From: Nitrospirales bacterium
GTDB taxonomy: Bacteria; Nitrospirota; Nitrospiria; Nitrospirales; UBA8639
NCBI GenBank assembly: GCA_965203295.1
Contig: CBDBCZ010000011.1
Location: 448,001 to 512,000 of the forward strand
Length of the DNA: 64,000 nt
Direction of reading: 5' to 3'
The notes below the pieces were generated by a model, which saw only the letters and a list, made by a program, of their open reading frames with translations, made no database searches and was not told the origin of the DNA. Each line of letters starts with the position of its first letter. The first letter of the stretch is position 1. This document shows, piece by piece, positions 57,309 to 64,000 of this stretch. The translations under genes were made by a program, and so were the position numbers.

Positions 57309-60300
57309 TCATGACAATGATGCTTGGAAACTTTGCCACAATTTGCTGCAGTGGAAAAGGAGAATAATTAACATAATATTATAGCATGATCCGTATACAC
57401 TCCTCTCTGTAATATTCTGTATAGGCGCACACCTGGTGACAGCTCTGTGTACATTCATGGTGTTGAGAAGGCCAGCTAGCCGAGACTCTGCATCCTGTGT
57501 TCACGGAAAGTAAATATCTCAAAGTATAATTATTTGGTGTTGTCCCTATAGTCTCAGTCATGAGTTCTTAGGCTCAACCCTTTCCCATGTGCACGTCAGG
57601 GAACAAGGCTAGTATATATCCACGAGCTCAGCTATAGAAGAAAACGATTTTTTTTAGTAAACGTAAACACAAAAAGAGTTTTAGTACGAGCTAAAGTAGA
57701 TTTAGACAAAAAAACATCCTCGATGGGAATGAATTTTCTTCCAAAATCAACCCATTTAAAAAAAACATATAATTTCATACGATGTAGAAAGTCACCGGTG
57801 AAAGGGTTAAACTAAAATGTGAAGCCATGCTGAAACACCACTAGAATGACTGCACACACCAATAAATTCTTCATTCTTTCTACTTTCTTCTATTGGCACA
57901 TGACGAATGATTTCTCAGTACTCTAGACTCTAGTGGTGCTTGTTATATTACAGTGGAACCCCTCTTAAAGGACACCCCAGAAATAGGAACACCTCTGAAT
58001 TAAGGACACTTTGCTGTGTCCCAAATATGCTTTCTTAATGTAAATTTACCCCTGAAACGAGGACACCTCTCTGTACAGGACACTTTATTACCAGGTCCCC
58101 AAGGTGTCCACAATAAAGGGGTTCCACTGTATGTTGGGTGTGCGGCAGTGACTATACCTGAATTTCTTGCTTTAATTTTTCATTATACTTCTGAAATTTC
58201 TGTGTTTCAATCTGTGTGCGTAGAATGTGGAGAGGGCATAATTAGTCAAATGATTTGAAAATACCTTTTGCTATAATTACAATACCTGAAACACAACGGC
58301 CTATGCCAGGATTTCATCCACGATTTTTTTTTGGGAGGGGGGGGGGGGGGGGGGGAGGGGGGCACCACTGTCTGAGCACACGGGTATACTTAGCATGTTC
58401 ACATCTAGGGGGGTCTTGGGGGCATGCCCCCACAGATTAAAATTTGAGTGCTCTAAGAGGCCTTCTGGTGGCTTCTGAGGCTACTGTGAAGAGGCACTTC
58501 AGTGATATGAAGCTTGTTAAACCCTACATGATGCATGAAGCCCTGCATGATGCATGAAGCCCTGCATGATGCATGAAGCCCTGCATGATGCAAGGACTGA
58601 CCTCGTCCTCCCTCAAGCATTGCTCCAGCTGGTGACAGACGGAGAGGGGGATACGCCCACAGCGCTGGGCTAGTACAGACTGGATGGCTTCATGCTGCTC
58701 TGCAACCTAAACAACCAAGAGACCCAAAATGTACTGTACAAAGCATGCAGAGAAGAGGTAGTATGCAATACATAACAGTGCCTATCTTGATGTACAACAG
58801 CTATAGCTTCAATATGACATTGTATGAGGCAACATAAAACTCCTGCACCGATTCGTGCTACCGTTGTATCAAGCACTAACCTGCAGCTACCAGAGGTAGT
58901 ATGCAATACATAACAGTGCCTATCTTTGATATAGCCTCGTTCCCAGGCTCTCTGTCCAGCTTTTTTTCGCACGTAGTAAAAAAAGCTGGACAGAGAGCCT
59001 GGGAACGAGGCTATCTTTGATGTACAACAGCTATAGCTTCAATATGACATTGTATGAGGCAACATAAAACAAACTCCTGCATTCACTCGTGCTACCGTTG
59101 TATCAAGCACTCACATAACAGTGCCTATCTTGATGTACAACAGCTATAGCTTCAATATGACATTGTATGACGCAACATAAAACTCCTGCATTCACTGATT
59201 CGTGCTACCGTTGTATCAGGCACTCACCTGCAGCTGCAGTTCCTCCACCCTTGAGGCATAGCTCTTGCAGGTGGCTGTGTCCTCCTCCTCTGGGAGTGGA
59301 TGAGGAAAGAAAGGGTAATTAAGACGTGAAGTGCTATGGTATCTCATTCCTAATGTATTATCACAGAATTTATCCTAATGCATTACCACTCATTTTCAAT
59401 GCGGACCAGACAAGGGTATATGCATGCGACTTTTTCACTAAGGGCTCACACCTTGGCAGAGATAAAGCTAGAGTGATCCGTTACTGCCATCAAAAGGTAC
59501 CCGATCGAATAAGTTGTACGTGTTATCATAGACATATACCTTCAATAATGGGAGCTTGTAACTCTTCCATTTCCCTCCTGTGGAAATCAGCTTCCTTCAG
59601 CAGGTCTTCCCTCAGCCTAGGCAGTATAGGGTAAGGAAATGAATTATTCGTATTCCATAGCCGTGAGTCGAAAGTGCAAGAAATCCCCAAACAGCAATCC
59701 TAACCCCAGCTTTCCTAGTTATTTCTCGAGTTCTGCCCATAAGCTTCGAATTTCCTTGATACAACATGTATACATGTACATGTACCATTTAGCAATCATG
59801 CAGTCTAAGGCATATATATACACACCCCAAAGTGTATAACTATAAAAAGCCTGACTCCATTACATGTACATGTACATGTAGCCTTCTACCTTCTAATTAC
59901 CCTTTGTAATTATAATTAGGACCACAGCAACGTACACATTCAGCCTAGGGATAAGTCTGTCAAATTGTATTAAATGTAGTTGCATTATGAACCTCTCATT
60001 ATCCTTCAGTAGCACCCTGCACTGCACCTCCAGCTGGTGGACACGCCTCCTCAGCTGCAGCAGCTTGGGGGAGGGGCTCAGCACCACGCCCCCTCCATCT
60101 AGGGGGGTGGGGCTGGGCTTAAGGGTTGCATGAACAGATCTCTTCTGCCTACTTAGCACCAGCTCCAGGTGGTGGTCATAGGCATCCTGCAATGCAGATC
60201 AGAACAGATCTATACATGCCTCATAACCAGGCCTCCCTATTTTGCAGTTGTGCAGAAATCTAGCCTCATTCCCAGGCTCTACTGCCCAGCGTTTTTTCGC

Positions 60301-61636
60301 ATGTAATAAAAAAAGCGGTCATTTTTCTATATGTGAAAAAAGCTGGGCAGTAGAGCCTGGGAACGAGGCTACAGAAAATCTACAAACTAAAACTAAATCC
60401 AGGGACACGTAGCCAGCAGGGAGGAAGAGCTGGGTGGAAGCCTGGGAGTGAGGTCTAATCACTCCTCCACCCCAAGCAAGCCACGATGACTATCAAATCT
60501 TTCTTGCGCCATCACACTCAGATTTAAACTGATACATGTACTGTAGATCCATGAAAAACAAACAAAACCATCATTAACCCTTTCACCAGTAGAGACCTGC
60601 TTCTATTAGGCCCATGTGTTTTTAGGCGTTAATATCAAGTACGGGATTTCTTTTGTTTCTTTGGGCTGTAAAGTGGCCTATACATGGTACTGGTGAAAGG
60701 TTTAATCTTTCTCCGCACCTTAATTCTCCTCAGAAGAAGAGAGAACGTGCCACTGCTCTGGATGATCCTGTCAAAGGCCTCGGAAAATGCTGAGAGTCTC
60801 TTGAAGGAATTGATCCGCTTGCCAGACAATTCCAACAGCAATAAACGCTGAATAATGTAGAAGACAAGACGTGTATACATGCCTAGCCTGTTTGAGCGGC
60901 AGCCTCGTTCCCAGGCTCTACTGCCCAGCTTTTTTCCACACATAGTAAAATAAGCGGTCAGAGCTTATTTTACTATATCCGAAGAAAAGCTAGGCAGTAG
61001 AGCCTGGGAACGAGGCTATTTGAGTAGCTGGATACAAGGCTGATGATATATTATGATTCCCAGCTTTTATCCAAATAATTTCTTTTTGACACTAAAATAT
61101 ACAGTATATGAAGCAGAGGTATGCTAATATCGATAGTGCTAGTCACTGCAACAAGCCTGAGTGCGTGGTACTATACCTACCTACCAGAAATTTAACAGGA
61201 AGACCCTGAAATATTATTCCAGATACACACAGGTGATCCCATTGGCTGTATAACATAAGTCCTATCAACATACATGGTGTTGGTGCTACATGTGTACCTC
61301 CATGCACGGCCTATACAAGCTCTTACTAAGATAACTCAGACTTGGCGTCAATAAACCAGACCTTACATCATGAAGCTGTCTCACAATGCTCTTCACGTTC
61401 TTAGTAGTCTTCAGAGCGTTCCTGAAGTGTGCCCCAGGCCTTCGGAGGGTGTGACGGTCAAATGCGAGGAAGCGATCGTACTGCTCAGCCTTGGTGGCCC
61501 CGGAGAGGAAGGGGAGAGGAGGGAGGGGGGATGAGGGACTGTAGAGCTGAGACGATGAGCTGTTTCTTTTGCCTGGTGGGGAGGGTGGGAGGGCTGCTTT
61601 GAGCTGGGGAATGTGTAGCTCTTCGGTGGTCTGCAT
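57309..61636 (-). CDS. C6orf118-like (TSNAXIP1-N-type) coiled-coil protein. Exons 61367-61636, 60719-60847, 59993-60186, 59540-59616, 59228-59289, 58602-58706, 58158-58211, 57433-57494, 57309-57345
   Basis: Phase-compatible GT-AG exons. LSGATKAEQYDRFLAFDR...FKRLSAFSEAFDRIIQSSGTFSLLLRRIKDAYD resembles recalled C6orf118. The start codon and last exons are less certain. Confidence 0.65.
57949..58131. mobile_element. Tc1/mariner-pogo-type MITE
   Basis: TACAGTGGAACCCC...GGGGTTCCACTGTA. Confidence 0.85.
58757..59232. repeat. ~120-140-bp intronic tandem repeat x3, one unit interrupted by a palindromic MITE; a 19-bp repeat x3 lies at 58527-58592
   Basis: Repeated GATGTACAACAGCTATAGCTTCAATATGACATTGTATGA. 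Confidence 0.85.
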
Positions 61637-62558
61637 TTTCACGAAATTACTCTCTTTTTTTCCAAAGATTGTGATTCTGGGGGGAAATATATTACACGCA
61701 CAGCTTTTATCACACTGGAATTTTGACAAGGCTGTTAGTATTGATGCAGTAGGTTTAAATATTAGGCTCGTACTGCAAGGGCAAGGGGTAGGCTAGTCAC
61801 TTACGCATCGCTTGTAGAAATGTATGTAAACGGGATCAAAATGGAATCAAACGATCAAAGCAGTCTTTAGAAGACAATCAAGGGTAGTCTCACGTGACAA
61901 GACTCTCACGCAAGACTGGATCAAGGGATCAGTACAAAATGCTAGCAACAAAAATCAATGGGTCAGACAATGAGGAGGCGTGTCCACCGTTGTCCTTCGA
62001 ACCCGAACATCAAGCAATCAAGAACGTGATCAAAGACAATTTTCACCAATTAAAACTCTTGATCCTGTTCGTAAAATGTTTCTACTGACAGTACATGTAT
62101 GTATGTACGTGGTAACCCCTTTGCAGTGATCACTGTAGTCTTGCAAGCCAGCCCACTTTGATCCTCAGCACCGATTGCTTGCCGCATAATTAGAGATCGG
62201 CACTGCGGAAATTAAGTGGCTGTGATCACTGTACTGGTGATGAAACTTGGCCTATGAGACTGATTATGCCATGTATCTAGATAATTCATGGTATAATTTG
62301 TTATATGTACATGTCTATGGTCTTATCCTCCTAAGCCCAGCCTAAATATTATGTACACTGGAAAAGCATCACTTGCCTTTTGATGTATCATGTAGTGACT
62401 GCATCTATATATCTGACATGCTGCATGCATGCACGAACGAGGCTCTCCTGTAGCCATGGCAACAGCAAGTCTAAATATACGAAGAAAGTTCTGTCAGCAC
62501 AATAATATTGAAAACGTATACAGTGAATAGAGAGTACGTACCGACACCCCGACTAGCT

Positions 62559-62687
62559 ATGGAGGTTGATTATGGACGGGAGAGCGTCCCAGAGCGGGTA
62601 GAGGGCAGAGGGGTCGACCCTTATTCGTTCTATGTGGTGAGAGTTCCAGAGAATGTCTTCTCCACTGATCCGGAAGAGACTCTGAGA
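62559..62687 (+). CDS. Possible first coding exon of an unidentified gene, divergent from the C6orf118-like gene
   Basis: GCTATGG start, MEVDYGRESVPERVEGRGVDPYSFYVVRVPENVFSTDPEETLR, then a GTGAG donor. Downstream candidate exons (63014-63520) appear frameshifted. Confidence 0.35.
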
Positions 62688-64000
62688 GTGAGATACTTGC
62701 ATGTGGCATGTATTCTTTGTTTATACAAGGGGTAGGCACTTACATACCGCCTGTAGAATCGTTTTCGAACTGGATCAAGAAATGTGATTGGCGAAAATCA
62801 TATTTGATCTCCTGATCGTTATCTTGATCACTTGATTTTTGAGTGTTTTGTATCCCTACCTCCTAAAAATGATCGTTGATCCATTGATTTTGTAGCTTGG
62901 ATGGCATCCTAAACCCTTGATCGTCTCCTAATAACTACTGTAATCGCTTGATTCCATTTTGATCCCGTGCGCAAAACGTTTCTACAAGCGACGCATAAGT
63001 GACTTGTTATTAGGACCAGCTGCTCACAAATTATGAGCTCAGTATGCCTGTGGCCTATAGCTACGAGGCTGACATATGTATACAAGAGTCCACGTCCACA
63101 TGGGGCCTGTTCAACTGTTAAGAGGAATGACCAGGCAATATCTATATGACTGCCAAGGCACACAGTCAGAATTACGTGTAATACATGTAGGAGTGGTAAG
63201 AACTATCCATGAGACTGTCTGGGCCAGAGCGAAACTTGCACTGGGAGAGAGTCATCTTAGCACCCTTTAAGAGAAGTATGAGTCAGCTGTGTGGCTGAAT
63301 ACCTACGTAATACTGAGTTCCTCTGATGTGTGTGGCAGGAGTCATGAAACTGCGCATGCTGCATTGTATGGAGTTCCATGATTCCCTTGATGTAATTCTT
63401 CATCCTGTTAGTCTTGACTATAGCGTCCTGTGTGTAGTCTATGCGACAGGATGCGTTACCTCAGCTCATACCTACATCTTGTGCTTTGTCATCACTATGG
63501 GATTGAGATTTAAATAGCCTAGCACGAATAGGCCCCTGAGTATAGCCTCGTTCCCAGGTCCGCGCCATTTTCGGTTACACGAAAGCTTTTCTTCGTGCAA
63601 TCGAAAAAGTCGCAGGCCTGGGAACGAGGCTATACCCTAAGTATAGCTGCCTAGGAATGTGAAGCTTTGAACATGAATGATTCTTCTTCCCTGTTTTTGC
63701 TGTGTGCAATGGGCCCGGTGACAAGACCACTTTTGTACATTGCCAGTTCTGTGTTTGAGTGAGAGTGTGTCTATTCATCAGTCTATTTGATGAAGCCATT
63801 TCAGTTCTGTATAGCATACATGAAACAACCTGAGAATTTGATTGCTGTACACGATATACCGTAGGCCAGGTATTGATTGTGTAATAAGAAACATTGCATT
63901 TCTGGGCTTTGAAGGCAAAATACATATTCAATAACTGCGTATGCATATTGCATATTACATTTAATGCATTCTAATTTTTGCTTATTCAAAACAAACTCAC

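Noticed and set aside
57860..57929. Exon-like segment with in-frame TGA (possible selenocysteine/readthrough)
   Set aside because: The gene splices in frame without it (58158 to 57494), and no SECIS was seen.

Overview
Intron-rich animal DNA, most likely a demosponge (inferred from the short-chain-collagen-C4-type genes, an intronless TRAF, short introns and palindromic MITEs); no prokaryotic features. I reconstructed spliced genes by hand. (1) PAAF1/Rpn14 WD40 gene (+, 5'-partial, 197-26017). Its 21.2-kb intron holds an antisense tandem cluster of six secreted short-chain collagen genes/pseudogenes, with a GC-AG intron, variable Gly-X-Y stalk length and hypervariable head loops. (2) Intronless TRAF (+, 26889-29066) with a degenerate RING and a 16-aa repeat tail. 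(3) NudC (+, 14 exons, 30772-51227). Its 10-kb intron 2 holds an antisense, recently duplicated Ig-domain gene with a probable GPI signal, and intron 3 holds a TRAF MATH-domain pseudogene. (4) CBM21 gene (-, 55004-56667) with an N-terminal Cys-Cys-Cys motif, no RVxF motif, and a 133-bp tandem repeat whose unit is exon+intron, followed by a pseudogenic partial copy. (5) C6orf118-like coiled-coil gene (-, 57309-61636) and a possible divergent gene start. There are also many MITEs, Crypton-like relics, minisatellites and microsatellites. Gene names rest on recalled sequence similarity, not database searches.
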